This document shows positions 12,934 to 25,304 of a DNA stretch of 64,000 nt, one piece after another; positions within the stretch are counted from its first letter, which is position 1, and each line of letters opens with the position of its first letter. Under the pieces are notes generated by a model, which was given only the letters and a program-made list of their open reading frames with translations, had not been told where the DNA came from and did not search any database. The stretch is from Chiloscyllium plagiosum. Lineage: Eukaryota. Location: positions 38,240,097 through 38,304,096 of the forward strand of contig NC_057719.1 of assembly GCF_004010195.1 (NCBI RefSeq), read 5' to 3'. Made by a program: the position numbers and the translations under genes.

Positions 12934-13764
12934 GAATGAAGAGACAGTGAGAGAGCGGGAGAGAGAAATCTTTCTTGGTGAGTAATGGGTAAGATTGAGA
13001 ATACGGTTTGTCGCCGGTAAGGTTCTCTACGGCAGGAGAACTTGGCCCTGTGGAATGCTCCTCCTGCAAGATGTGGGAAATCATGTCTAGTCTCCATGGT
13101 GACCATGGATGCAGGAACTGTGTTCAGCTTCAGCTTCTGAATGTCCGCCTGGATCATGTTGAGTTGTGGATGGACTCGATGTGGAGCATCTGGGATGCTG
13201 AGAATGTCGTGGAAAGCATGTTTAGTGAGCTGGTCACACCACCAGTAAGGGCTGTGTTGATAGAAAAGCGTTGGATAATCACCAGGAAGATGAGTAAGTG
13301 TGGGCAGGCAGTACAGGAGTCCCCTGTGACTAGCCCCCTCTCAAATAGATATTCCATGTTGGGGGAGAATGGCCCCTCCAGGGAAAGCAGCAGCAGCCAC
13401 GTTTGTGGCACTACAGTTAGCTCTGCCTCACAGCAGGGAGGTGGGGGGGGGAGAGTTTTCGTGATAGGGGGATACGATTGTAAGGGGAAGTGGTAGGTAG
13501 TTCTATGGCAGCAAACTCTTGAATGGTGTGTTGCCTCCCTGGTGCCAGGCCAGGAATGTCAAAGTGTGGTTGCAGGGTGTTCTGAAGGGGAAGGGTGAAC
13601 AGCCAGCAGTTGTAGTACATGTTGATACCAATGACATGGGTCAAAAATAAATGAGGCCCAGCAGCAGAAATTGAGAGTTAGATGATAGATTAATAAGGAG
13701 GACTACTAACATTGTAATCTTCAGATAACTTTCAGTGCCAAGCCCTATTGAGTATAGGAATAGT

Positions 13765-14172
13765 GAATAGGCTGGGGCTATTTCCCTGGAGTGATGGAGG
13801 CTAAGGGATGAACTTATAGAAGTTTATAAAATCATGAAGGGCATGGATAGGGTGAATAGACAAAGTCTTTTCCCTGGGATGGGATGAGTACAAAACTAGA
13901 GGGCATAATTTTAAGGTGACAGGGGAAAGAGTTAAAAGGGACCTAAGAGGCAACTTTTTCATGCAGATGGTCATGCATGTATGGAATGAGCTCCAGAGGA
14001 AGTGTCTAGTACAATGACAACATTTAAAAGGCATCTGGATGGGTATATGAAAGAGCCGGTTTAGAGAGATATGGGCCAAATGCTGGCAAATGGGACTAGA
14101 TTTATTGATGATATCTGGCAAGAACAGGTTTGACCGAAGAGTCTGCTTTCATGCTGTACATCTCTATGACTC
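13765..14172 (+). mobile_element. CR1 3' fragment nested in ORF1 of the host CR1
   Basis: gaagtttataaaatcatgaagggcatggatagggtg...ctgtacatctctatgactc; host ORF1 resumes afterwards (YRRAGFRFLDHWDSFW). Confidence 0.85.
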
Positions 14173-15957
14173 GAAGAAAGTTTGGTCAGATGAACGCATG
14201 GCAAAAGGGATACTACAGGAGGGCAGGCTTTAGATTTTTGGATCATTGGGACAGTTTCTGGGATAGGTGGGATCTGTACAAGCTGGACAGATTGCACCTG
14301 AACCAGAATGGGTCCAATATCCTTTGCTTGTGCTGTTAGGGAGGTTTTAAACTGATTTGGTGGGGAATGGGGCACAGAGCAGATGTAAAATTGGGAGCAA
14401 GGTCCAATGTAGAAAGACTGCTAGGACAGTCCAGTAGATGGAGAAGACATTGGCACAATAAGGCACATTGGAGGTGTAGAAAGCTGCATTGGATCTATTT
14501 TATTGTGAGGAACATGACTGATAAGGCAGATGAAAATAGAACATTGATCAGCATGTGGGAATATGATATTGTTGCAAACACTAAGACATGAAGGAAGAAC
14601 AGGACTGGCAGTTAAATATTCCAGGGTAAAGAAGTTTCAGGCACAATATGGGATAAGTCAAAGAGGTGAGGGCATTGCTTTATTGATAAAGAAAATCATC
14701 ACTGCAGCAATGAGGGATGATGTCCTCAAAGGGTCTTCAAATGAGGCCATCTGAGTAGAGCTTAGAAGTAAAAAAGGGGTGATTAATTTACTGGGATTGT
14801 ACTACAGGCCTCCCAACAGTCACAGGGAGATAGAGGAGCAGATATGTAAGCAAATCACAGAAAGGTGTGAGGAAAACAGGATTATAGTTGTAGGGGACTT
14901 CAACTTTACTAACATTAACTAGGTTCACCTAAGATTAGGCAGAATTTTGAAAGTGCATCCAGAGAAATTCTTGTACCAGTACGTAGATAGTCCCGTGAGA
15001 GATGGGCAGCACTAGACTTAATCCAAGGGCATGAAGCTGGTCAAGTTTGAGTGTGCGAGCATTTTGAGAATAGTGATCATAAATCTGTAAGTTTCAAAGT
15101 CATTATGGAAAGGGCCTGAGTGTAAAAATTGAGTGTCTAAATTGGGGGAAGGAAAATTTTAGTATCATTAGACAGGACCTGGCAAGCATAGACTGTGAGC
15201 AGCTACTTGCAGGTAAGTCTATACTTGGAAATTGGGAGTCTTTTAAAAGTAGTATAGTGAGAATTCAGGGCCATTGTGAACCTCCGAGTGAAAGGCAAGA
15301 GCAGCAGATCCAGGGAATTCTCGATGTCAAGGGATATCGAGAATGTGATAAAGAAAAAAAAAGAAGCAAGTATATGTCAGGTACAACACATTAAATACAG
15401 GGGAGGCCCTTCAAAAGTACAGAGAATGTAGGAGGTTGCTTAAAAAGGAAATATGGAGGAACTATGAAATAGCTTTGGCAGATGGGATTAAAGAAAACCC
15501 CAAGGCATTTTAAAGTCTATTAAGAGTAAGAGAATTAACAGTGAAACGGTGGGACCTATTAGAGACCAAAGAGGCAACCTGTGTAGAGAGCTAGTGGATG
15601 TGGGTGAGATCTTAAATGGATATTTCTCATTTGTATTCACAGAGGAGAAAGAAATTCTATGCAGGATTTCATCTGGAGGGTGAGGTTCTAGAACATGTTA
15701 AGATTAATAAAGACGAGGTATTAGATATTGTAATGAATAAAAAGTTGCATAAATCCCCATGACCCCTTGATAAGATATAGCTCAGGATGCTATGGGAGGC
15801 AAGGGGAGAGATTGCTGGGGCCCTGATGAGGATATTTAATACTTTGGTTGCCATAGGTAAAGTGCCAGATGACTAGAGCATAACTAATGTGGTTCCTTTG
15901 TTCAAGAAGGGTAGGAGGGATAGGCCAGGTAATTTCAGACTAGTTAGTCTGACATCA

Positions 15958-16133
15958 TGATTCGGAGATGCCGGTGTTGGACTGGGGTGTACAAAGTTAA
16001 AATCACACAACACCAGTTTATAGTCCAACAGGTTTAATTGGAAGCACACTAGCTTTTGGAGCGTCGCTCCGAAAGCTAGTGTGCTTCCAATTAAACCTGT
16101 TGGACTATAACCTGGTGTTGTGTGATTTTTAAC
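15958..16133. mobile_element. Palindromic PLE terminal-repeat insertion (family B)
   Basis: ~70-bp arms 15994-16062 / 16066-16135 around loop gtc. 14-bp TSD ttagtctgacatca (15944-15957, 16134-16147). 36-nt unpaired tail on the left. Confidence 0.85.
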
Positions 16134-17686
16134 TTAGTCTGACATCAGCAGTAGGGAAATTATTGGAAAAAATTTTGAAGGGCAGGATTAATCAATACTT
16201 GGAAAGGCAAGGATTGATAGGGATAGTCAGCTTGCGTTTTTAAGAGGGATATTCTTTCTGACTAATTTAAGAGTTTTTGAATATTTTGATGAGGATAGTG
16301 CAATTGATGTGCTTTACATGGACTTCAATAAAGCCTTTGACAAGGTCCCATATGGAAGGCTGGTCCAAAGGCTGGCCCATGGGATCCAAGGCAAATTGGC
16401 AAACTGAATCCGAAGTTAGCTTCGAAATAGGATACAAAGGGTGATGGTGGAAGGTTACATTTTGTAATTGGAAGCCTGTGACCAGTAGTATACCATAGGG
16501 ATTTGTACTGGGACCCTTGCTGTTTGTAATGGACATTAATGATTGGATGTGAACGTATAAGGTGTAATTAGTAAGTTTACAAATGACATGACAATTGGTG
16601 GTGTGTTATAGACAGTGTGGAGTATGGTCTTAGGCTACAATCTGATATTGATCAGCTGGTAAATTGGGCAGAGCAATGTCAGATGGAATTTAATTCTGAT
16701 AAGTGTGAGGTGATGCATTTTGGAAGGTCTAATAATGGAGGGATATATACAATGAACAAAAGATCCTTAGGAACAAAGGCACCTTGGCGTACAAGTCCAT
16801 AGATCCCTGAAGTTGTCAGCGCAGGTAGAAAAAGGCATATGGGATGCTTGTCTTCATTAGCTGGAACACAGAATGTAGGAGTGAGGAAGTCTTGTTACAA
16901 CTTTATAAAACATTAGTTAGATCATAGATGGAATACTGTATACAGTTCTGGTTACCAGACTATGGGAAGGACATGATTGTACTAGAGAGGGTTCAGAGCA
17001 GATTCACCAGATGTTGCCTGGAATGGAAAGTCTAAGTTATGAGGAGAGGCTGGGTTTGTTTTCTAGGAGCAGAGGAGGCTAGGGGAGGATCTGATGGCCG
17101 CTTACAAAATTATGACAGGCATAGACCAAGCAGATCCTGAGAATTTCCTCCCCATGGCAGACATGTCTAAGACTAGAGGGCATTAGTTTTAGAAGAGGAA
17201 CAAGTGCCATAGAGGAAATCTGGAAAAAAAAAACTTTTATTCACTCAGAAGATAGTAGATACATGAAATGTACACCCTGACAGGGTGGCGGAGGCAGGTA
17301 CTCAACATTTAACAAGTATCTGGGTGAGCACTTAAAATGCCAGGGCATAGGAAGCTATGGAGCAAGTGCAGGTAAATGGGATTAGTGTAGTTTGGTGTTT
17401 ATTGGATGGCGTAGATGTGGTGGGCTGAAGAGCCTGCTTCTATGCTGTATGACTCAAAGACTCTATGACTTGGGTAAGAATTGTCAAACATGATGCCTCA
17501 GTGCGGACATCAGCAGCAGCATGAAGAAAGTGAGATTCACAAAAACCACAGTTGGAAGGACAGAGGTCCTCAGTGAATGAGGAGGGATGGTATGATATGT
17601 GGAAGACTGGGAGAGTTTAGTGAGACAAATGGTGATGAAGGGATAATAAACACACATTTTGATGGGGTTGGGGACTAGAAATTGTC

Positions 17687-18163
17687 GGCGGCAGTGTCAT
17701 TAGGGGAGTGGGAGGTGGGGTTGGCTGGCTAACATGGATGGTCCATCCATTCTGGGCCTCTTCTACCACCTAAACAAGACCACCTACAAACTGCAGGGAG
17801 AACACTTCATCTTCCACCTTGCAAGCCTACAAGCACACAGCCTCAACATTTGAATTCACTAGTTTCCAAATCTCTCTTCCCCCACCCCATCCCAGATCCA
17901 ACCCTCTGACTCGGCTCCGCCCCCTTGACCTGACCTACCTGTCCATCTTCTGTCCCACCCATCTGCTCCATACTTCTTACCGACTTATCACAATCACCTC
18001 GTACCTTCGCCCACCTATCACAATCCCACCTACCTTTCCCCTAGCCCCACCCCTCCCCTATTTATTTCTCAGCCCCCTTCCCAGCCCTCATGATGGTTAA
18101 TGCCCAAAACATCAAATCTCTTGATCCTGAGATGCTGCCTGACCTGTTGCACCACACTTTACT
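17687..18163 (+). mobile_element. PLE 3' fragment (GIY-YIG C-terminus, C-rich 3'UTR, decayed HHR) with probable 5' inversion
   Basis: gaacacttcatcttccaccttgcaagcctacaagc...ctcaacatttgaattc. 14-bp TSD gactagaaat(t/c)gtc (17673-17686, 18164-18177). Confidence 0.8.
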
Positions 18164-18464
18164 GACTAGAAATCGTCAACTTCCATTCCTCCCCACCTGC
18201 CTGTTGCTGAAATCCTCATACATCATTTAAGCTGGACTTCTGCAATATGTTCCTGGATAGAATGCTGGTCTCCATGTTCTTGGAACTTCACCACCTCCAA
18301 ACCTCTGCTGTCTGTGTCTTGACCTAAGCAAAGTACCTTATTGCATAGCAGCAAGGACCACAGAAGGATGTCAGAGGATGATGGTGCAGTCATCCATTTC
18401 ATGAATATCAGAGAAAAGTGAGGATTATGCGCAATGATAACCAAGCTAGAGGGGGTCAGCTCTA

Positions 18465-18870
18465 GAATCATAGAGTCAGCGAGATGTGCAGCATGGAACC
18501 AGACCCTTTGGTCCAACCTGTCCACACCAACAAGATATCCCAACCCAGTCTAGTCCCACTTGCCAGCACCCAGCCCATATCTCTCCAAACCCTTCCTATT
18601 CATATACCCATTCAGATGCCTTTTCAATGTTGTAATTGTACCAGCCTCCACCACTTCCTCTGGCAGCTCATTCCATACACGTACCACCCTCTGTGTGAAA
18701 AGGTTGGGCTTTATTCTCTCTAGTCCTGGACTCCCCCATGCCAGGGGAAAAGCCTTGTCTATTTATCCTATCCATGCCCCTCATGATTTTATAAACCTCC
18801 ACAAGGTCACCCTTGAGCCTCTGATGCTACAGGGAAAACAGCCCCAGCCTATTCAGCCTCTCCCTATAGC
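18465..18870 (-). mobile_element. CR1 3' fragment
   Basis: Reverse complement of the CR1 tail seen at 36050-36448. Confidence 0.9.
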
Positions 18871-18879
18871 TGATTGGGT

Positions 18880-19260
18880 CTGTTTTGGAGCAACTCAGGG
18901 AGAGATATCCAACTGGAGTAGAGGGAAGCATGGAAATATACTTGGGGTGTGTTGTCCATAGTCTTTGGAAAATGTTGGGGGTTGTGGTTTTAAAGAATAC
19001 ATGGATAGAAGGATCAAGATTTTATTTGAAGGAGGATGAGTGTTGTGTGGAGAGGGAGAGAAAGTGTTGAGGTAGTGTGAAAGCCAGGAAGGGGAGCTGC
19101 ATAACTGTCAGCTCAATGAGGATGGAGTCAAAGCAAAGATGTACTCAGCGAACATATGGCAAACGATAAGAAAACTGACTAGGAGGTCGACAGAGTGCTG
19201 ACGGGAGAGGAAACTTGGGGAAGGCTGCAGAAGGAAAACAATGATGTCAATGGCAGTGAC
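18880..19260 (-). mobile_element. Old L2-like LINE relic
   Basis: Purine-rich segment resembling the reverse of an L2 endonuclease/linker region. Confidence 0.4.
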
Positions 19261-19838
19261 AAATTCGACAAAGGCTGTTGTTGCCAATAGGGCACCTTAC
19301 TTATCCACTACACTGGAGTTCCCAGGTTCAGACAATGTCACAACCTACCGAGTTCCATGGAAAGGAAAGAGGACTGACTTGTTTGATATTTAAACAAAAA
19401 TAAGTGGGCACAAGTATTCTAATTTGAGAGAGGGCTATTTTGAGGAGTTGATGTCGACAAACACCATCCAATGAAGGAATCAGCCCCGATTTCGCAGGCT
19501 GATGACATCAGACGGTGCAAAGCTCTTTCATTCCAGCGAACTGCAGATATTGTTGCATTTTGTTTTGGATATTTGTTAACGTCACTAATGCCGAGACCGG
19601 TAATCTTTTTTTTTCTTTTTTCTAACAGCCCACGATTTCTCAATTTAACTATTGCAGACCTTCACCTAATGCGAAATGTTTCAATTGCCATATTTGGTGG
19701 CCTTTCGATTTAGCATGTGCCTCAGCAAATGTTGATTCTAAATTCCAGAAAAGTAGAAGCCGGTAAGATGGTCCACAGAAACACCACATTTTGAAGCACT
19801 TGTGTCTCTATGAGGCTGCTCAGTGCAGTGCTGTAGCT

Positions 19839-19860
19839 GTGTATGTGTGTGTGTGTGCGC
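19839..19860. repeat. (TG)n microsatellite
   Basis: gtgtatgtgtgtgtgtgtgcgc. Confidence 0.85.
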
Positions 19861-20306
19861 ACTGGGTGTTATATTGTTTAGAGAGAAGGGGATTTCCAGA
19901 GGCAGAGGAAGTGATATTGACATAAGGGGCTTTCCAGTCAGAACAGTCAGTCATTGCAGTGAATGGATCCGTGCTAGCACCAGCAGCAGAAAAATGGGGA
20001 ATTTTAACATTGTGCAATCGGTCATTTTCATTCCAAGGCGTTCAAAATGGCAGCAATGAATCAGAGGTGCTTTTCTACTACATTTTTACCAGAAGACGCC
20101 GTTTTCCGGTTGGCCGCTCCGCGAAACTGACACGTTTGGGTCCGGGACTGAAGGATAGAGAGAACGAAGCGAGTCCGAGGGGGGGGGAAGGACTTGGAAA
20201 CGCAAAGGGGCCGACCGGGACTCCGCGCTCGGATGAAGAGCAGCGTTTGTGGTTAGTACCGGCTCATGGTCACTGGGGAGCTGAGGGCTTGGGTGGGGGG
20301 TTAACA

Positions 20307-20413
20307 ATGTACCAGCCGCACTGGAGCTCTCTGTCGCCCGGGAGAAGAGGAACATTTCTCGCTCGGTTCTGCCAGGCATTTGTGCAGGGAGACTTCTGGG
20401 TCCTGCAGCCTCG
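20307..20413 (+). CDS. Candidate first coding exon of an unidentified plus-strand gene (MYQPHWSSLSPGRRGTFLARFCQAFVQGDFWVLQPR); could instead be 5'UTR/uORF
   Basis: acaATG (A at -3) in the CpG-rich region; open to a phase-2 GT donor at 20414. Confidence 0.45.
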
Positions 20414-20853
20414 GTAGGCGGACTCTCTGGCTCTTTACATGAAATTCAAACAACAATTACAACAGACCAAACAGAGAGACTGTAACTTGTTGAACGCCCT
20501 GTCCGCTCTGCATAGAATATGGTTGAAACTATGCTCAAGCGCTTGTGCATGGTTCATCAGTAGCTCCATCACTACTTGTTCTAATTGAAGCCTTCAGTGA
20601 GAGGTGAATTTAGACATAGTGTACAGAATGATCAAACATACAAGTTACACAGGCACAGCTCTGAAATGGTAATTTGGGGTGACGTAAGTGTACCGATTTT
20701 AAACATATGTGTCAAGTTTTCAAGTTGACTTTATGGTGAAACTTGCCCAATTTTAACTACTTGGAGCACCAGTTAAACGGTGGGGGTGGGGGAGGAGAAT
20801 GCTATGGATGGAGGCACTTGTTATTAGGTCTGTTACTGTTGCCCCTTCTGCAG

Positions 20854-20968
20854 GATAACGGAGTATGCCCTAGTGAACAGTTGTTACTGCTCCCTGGAGA
20901 TGTATCCCTATGTTACATGCCTTTTCATTCCTCATCTTTGAAGACCCTATTAGCAAGTGACACTCTGC
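20854..20968 (+). other. Candidate second exon (+), coding status unclear
   Basis: Acceptor ctgttgccccttctgcag| and donor CTGC|gtaagg. In frame with exon 1 it contains a stop. Confidence 0.3.
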
Positions 20969-22724
20969 GTAAGGCCTTTTGTTTTAGTTGGAAAATATCA
21001 AGCTCGTGAGATTGAGATGAGCATCGTTTTTTTCAGTGGAATCAGTAGCTGGACCTTAACAGGGAATAAATTGAAGTTTCTGCTTCACCCCAAATACAGT
21101 TCATTCCCAGAACGAGTGGAACCTGCAGATTCTCTGCATCCAGCTCCAGTTTTTATGCCACAGATTTGACAATCTTTTGCTTGCAAGTGTAACAATGGTG
21201 GGAAGGAGCATTTAATGTTTGTACTCTGAGCGTGCAGGTACATAAGACCCCAGATAAAAAAAATTAATGGCCATTCAAATACAATGGAAGTAACTTGCAC
21301 TCTGAGGCAAAGGGAAAACTGACAACTGGCTCCCTTCTTCCTTCTCTCATTGCACCCCCCCCAAACACACTGAGTAGAGTTATATTTTACATTTGCTCTG
21401 TGTCTTGTTTTTAACATTTAGCATTGGGGATTGCTGCAAACTTTACTCGCTACAGTGTTGTACTTTTTTATCAGCAAAACTTGAAACGCTAAAGGCTTTA
21501 TCAGACCAGTCACCCTTTGTGATTAAAATGAAAGAATGACCTTTTTTGTCAATCATTAACACCTCGGTTCCTTCTATAAATACTGCGTGTCATGTTGTGG
21601 ATTTTTGTTTCAGTTTTGATATGGGTTAGGAGAGTTTAAAATATGTGGAAGTACCAGGAAATGCTCTTTGGTGTTGAATGATCAATTACGGTTTGTTGCA
21701 GCTTTACTTACGGACTTAATGTTATCAATCTAGATCTACAGACATTACCTGAGATATAGATCATTGTGCAAATGCTTGCACTGAAGTTCAAGCTTTAAAG
21801 ATTATTGTTGGTTTTTCTTCACTTCGAGTCCGATTTTGTTTTAGCGTTTTCATTAATCTGTTAAATAAAATTTCTCAGGTCTGTGGATAGTAAGTTGCAA
21901 AGGTATCTACAAATTCCAATGAAAAAATCTTTCCCCTCTCCTCAAACCTTGCCTTCTGCGTGGGCTATATTGTCATATCGCACTCAATGCATTAGTATAG
22001 TTTGTGTGTTTTGAAGAGGCCATTTAAGGAAAATTCCAAGCAAAATGCTTGATGGAGCTACTGATTTCTTAGTACATACAGCTTTCATTAGAGATTGACA
22101 TTGAATTTTCCAGCCAATAGTTGACTGTTGATGGAGTCAATCTCAAGTGCACAAAACTTGAACTTGACTATCTTGACTAACATTGGCTGCACCAAGGGTT
22201 AATGATGGAATTGAGATCGATGTATACAGGTCAGACTGCCTGTTCCTGTATTGACAAATAAAGGTGGAAGATATGAAATCCCAAAGATTTTGTAACTGTC
22301 AAAAACTCAATCTTTTAAGTTTACAAATCTTTGAGAGGATGTAATGGAAGGTGTAAATTTCATTTTACTAAACTTTTTCTTTAATTTCGTATTGACCCTC
22401 CCCTTCTTTTCTGGCTCTGTTGACTTGTCTTGAGGTAAAGTTTCATAGGTATCATAGCAATGCTGCACAATTTAGAAAAATATTCCTTGGTCAGTGTTCC
22501 CAAATATCTTGTTCCAAATGCCTTTTAGTGGAGAATCATAATGTTGCATGGTAACAACTTTCTGATGCCCTATGGCCAACTTTAGTCAGGAAGATGACAC
22601 TAGCCTCCTTTTTTTGTTTTGCCCCAGTTTTTGTTGTTTTGGTAGGAAAGGGACAGAAATGTTAAGTAGTGATCAGTTGTCATTCTTTATATTTGAATCT
22701 AGATTAGACATTGAGCAGTTTTTT

Positions 22725-23300
22725 AAAAAATCACTCGTGGGACTTGGGCATCGCTGGCTGGCCAGCGTTTACTGCCCTTGAAAAGGTGGTGGTGAACTAC
22801 CTGCTAGAGCTGCTGCAGGTTGTCCCACATTGTCTTTAGGGAAGGAATTCCAGTATATTGACCCAGCTACAGTGATGAATTGCAATATATTTCCAAATCA
22901 GGATGGTAAGTGGCTTGGAAGGAACTTGTAGGTAGTGGTGTTGCCATTTATCTGCTGACCTTGTCCTTCTAGATGGAAGTGGCCATGTGTTTGGAAGATG
23001 CTGTTTAAGGATCTTTGGTGAATTGCTGCAGTACATATTGCTGCTACTGACCGTCGATGGTGGAGGAAGTGAATGTTTATAGATGTAGTGCCAATCAAAT
23101 GGGCTACTTTGTTTTGGATGATGTCAAGCTTGTTGAGTGTTGCTGCAGCTGCACTCATGCGGGTAAGTTGGGAGTATTCCATCACACTCCTGACATGTGC
23201 GTGGTAGATGACGAACAAGCTTTGGGGAATCAGGTGGTGAGTTGCTTCCTGCAAATTTCCTAGCTCCTGACTTGCTCTTGTTGTCACTGTGTTTATGTGG
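22725..23300 (-). mobile_element. 3' part of CR1/L2-group LINE (family of 6410-7975)
   Basis: Minus ORF 22898-23287 (IYHAHVRSVMEYS...LNKLDIIQNKVAHLIG...HHRRSVAA) and the shared tail. Confidence 0.85.
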
Positions 23301-23544
23301 CAAGTTCATTTGACTCCAGTGTTCTTTAGAGCTTCATTCTGTGTTTACCAAATAGTCTCAGAGTCGCTGGCTAACAATCAGGATTGGAAACGTTTTTTTC
23401 CTTTCTCAACTATGGGGACACTGATGCTGAAACAAAACAGAAATTTTGTAATGATCAGCAAACTCAGCATGTGTTGACTTAGGACCTCCCTGGGTTGTAC
23501 TGTTTGATTAATCTATTGAGAAGACTGCAAGTTAATTTAAATTT

Positions 23545-23770
23545 AAAATAAACACAAAATTCTGGAAATACTGAGCATGGCTGGCAGAATCAGGGGGAGA
23601 GAAACCAGATAAACTAGTCAGGTCAATGACGTTTTCGTCAGAATTGTTGAAAGGTCCTACACCTGAAACACCAACCTTGTTTCCCTCTCCACAGATACTG
23701 CCAGACCTGCTGACTGTTTTGAGCATTTTGTTAGTTTATATTACCACCACTTGCAGTATTTTGCTTTTGC
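23545..23770. mobile_element. Old palindromic PLE terminal-repeat relic
   Basis: Degenerate arms meeting at caggtcaatgacgttttcgtcagaat / tgttgaaaggtcctacacctgaaa, which are two decayed HHR cores. Confidence 0.6.
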
Positions 23771-23994
23771 GTTTGTGGTAGTTAAAGTTGAAGAGTTGTT
23801 TAGAAAGAGCATATCTCGTTCAGTTTCATACCTTGGGTTTTTGTGCACAGGGAGTGTGAAGTGTAGTGATCTGTAAAAGATGGAGCTTGTGGATGGCAGC
23901 CCAGACCTGAATGTGTCTACTTCTGTTAACTGGATGGGAAAACAATACGGTTTATATTTTGGTTTATTTCCGAAATACAAGCAAAGTCATGTTA

Positions 23995-25009
23995 ACTGAC
24001 TGCAGGAAAGGTTCCATGGAGTAGACATTCCGGTTCTTTTCTTCCTCCATTCTGACAAAAGTACGATGAATTGTGTGAAACCTACTTGATCTAAAGTTGC
24101 CATGAATATTGATGACAGAAGATTTCTCAACAATAAAGAGATTTTAAATTTAATATCATGTCTGCGGTCTGTGAGCAACTTCAAAATTTCTGTTTTGTTT
24201 GTTAATTTTATCTAAACCTCTTTCCTTCTCAGTTCAAGACATTGTAATGTCACTGGAAGAATCCCATGGAGTTGTCAGTAATAGTATGTTGAGCAAGAAG
24301 ACTATTCAATTCCCAAAATACTGTGTTTCACATCATGTAAAAACATAGTAATTAAACAAAGTTCCAAATATGGTTCTTTAACTAAAAGCTGACAGTCCCT
24401 CCTAATCTTCGGATCCTATTCTTGTAAAGAAAGAAACTATATATAGTACCTTTCACAACCTTGGAATATTCGAAATGTTTTACACCCAATAACTTTTGAA
24501 ATGGAGGTACTGTTGTATTATGGAGAAATTCAGAAGTCAATTTGCACCCAACAGTTCACATATAATAACAATAGTTTGGTTTGTGATATTGGATGAAAGA
24601 TAGATATTGGCAAAGCCACCAGCGAGCATTTCCTAGCTTTTTACCAATAATTTCATGAGATCATTTACACACAAAAGAGCACAGTGTCACTCGCAACTCA
24701 TCCAAATGTTAGTACAATTAATAGAGAAGTCCTGTACCCAAATGACAGCATATGGAGCCAATTCTCTAGAATAGGACTTAAGTGACTTCTGTGAGGACAT
24801 TGGTGCTGTAATTGGCAAGAAGTGTAAGTAAAGGTAAGCAATTGAAGCAGAACTCTTAATTGTTGAGAAATCTTCTGTCACCAATATTCATGGCATATTT
24901 AGATCAAGTAGGTTTCACACAATTTATTGCATTTTTGTTACCGAATGGAGGAAGAAATGGTTCCAAAGAACAGGAATGTCTACTCCATGGAACCTTTCCT
25001 GCAGCCAGT
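23995..25009. repeat. Inverted repeat, ~150-bp arms (23995-24140 and 24853-25009), ~710-bp spacer
   Basis: ctgcaggaaaggttccatggagtagacattcc and tgtgtgaaacctacttgatctaaa recur as exact reverse complements; also visible as paired ORFs 23987-24184(-) and 24860-25144(+). Confidence 0.95.
24427..24790 (-). mobile_element. Decayed Deu-domain SINE (SacSINE1/AmnSINE1-like)
   Basis: ttttgaaatggaggtactgttgtatt...aatttgcacccaacagttcaca resembles the reverse Deu domain and the copy at 50525-50930. Confidence 0.55.
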
Positions 25010-25304
25010 ACTATATATGTGATCTCTATCTCCATTTCATATGAATATGAACATTACATATTTCATGAGCATACCATGTACACTTATTCTATGTATACTT
25101 GCTCCACTCTTGGTTGTTTTAGAAAGTATCTTAGTGACGCTTGACAGCACTCTGAATTGACAATCCCACTAACATTCTAGCACTAGTGATAGTCTTGAAA
25201 GATGAGGTGAATATGAAATCTCCAAAAGAAGGGATAGCCTTCTTGAGGTAGTTTCTCCAGGATCATTTGATATGGTTTTTAATTGACACAAATTTTTAAT
25301 TCCT

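Larger units (their letters stand above)
12355..17470 (+). mobile_element. Near full-length decayed CR1 LINE (5'UTR repeats, ORF1, ORF2, 3'UTR) with three nested insertions
   Basis: 5' tandem gatgaagctcagtc(c/t)gagtggga units. ORF1 Cys motif VECSSCKMWEI...CRNC, coiled coil and esterase-like VIG/CCLPGA region (13008-14340). Endonuclease relic (14480-15110), RT motifs (15750-16600), tatgactc tail at 17448-17470. Confidence 0.9.
19349..20420. promoter_or_regulatory. CpG/GC-rich promoter region, probably bidirectional
   Basis: Main non-repeat CpG-dense segment (strongest 20090-20420). YY1-like caaaatggcagc (20043), ETS-like gaggaagtg (~19905) and ttccggtt (~20104). Outward-facing donors CTCG|gtaggc (+, 20414) and CTCG|gtaggt (-, 19348). 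Confidence 0.6.

Noticed and set aside
15994..16135. miRNA precursor or MITE interpretation of the long hairpins
   Set aside because: Arms are PLE terminal repeats with 14-bp TSDs and asymmetric tails, not TIRs abutting a short TSD; no evidence for miRNA processing.
19959..20417. 152-aa ORF as one coding unit
   Set aside because: GTG start and GC-rich promoter/UTR read-through; only the ATG-to-donor part is kept as a candidate.
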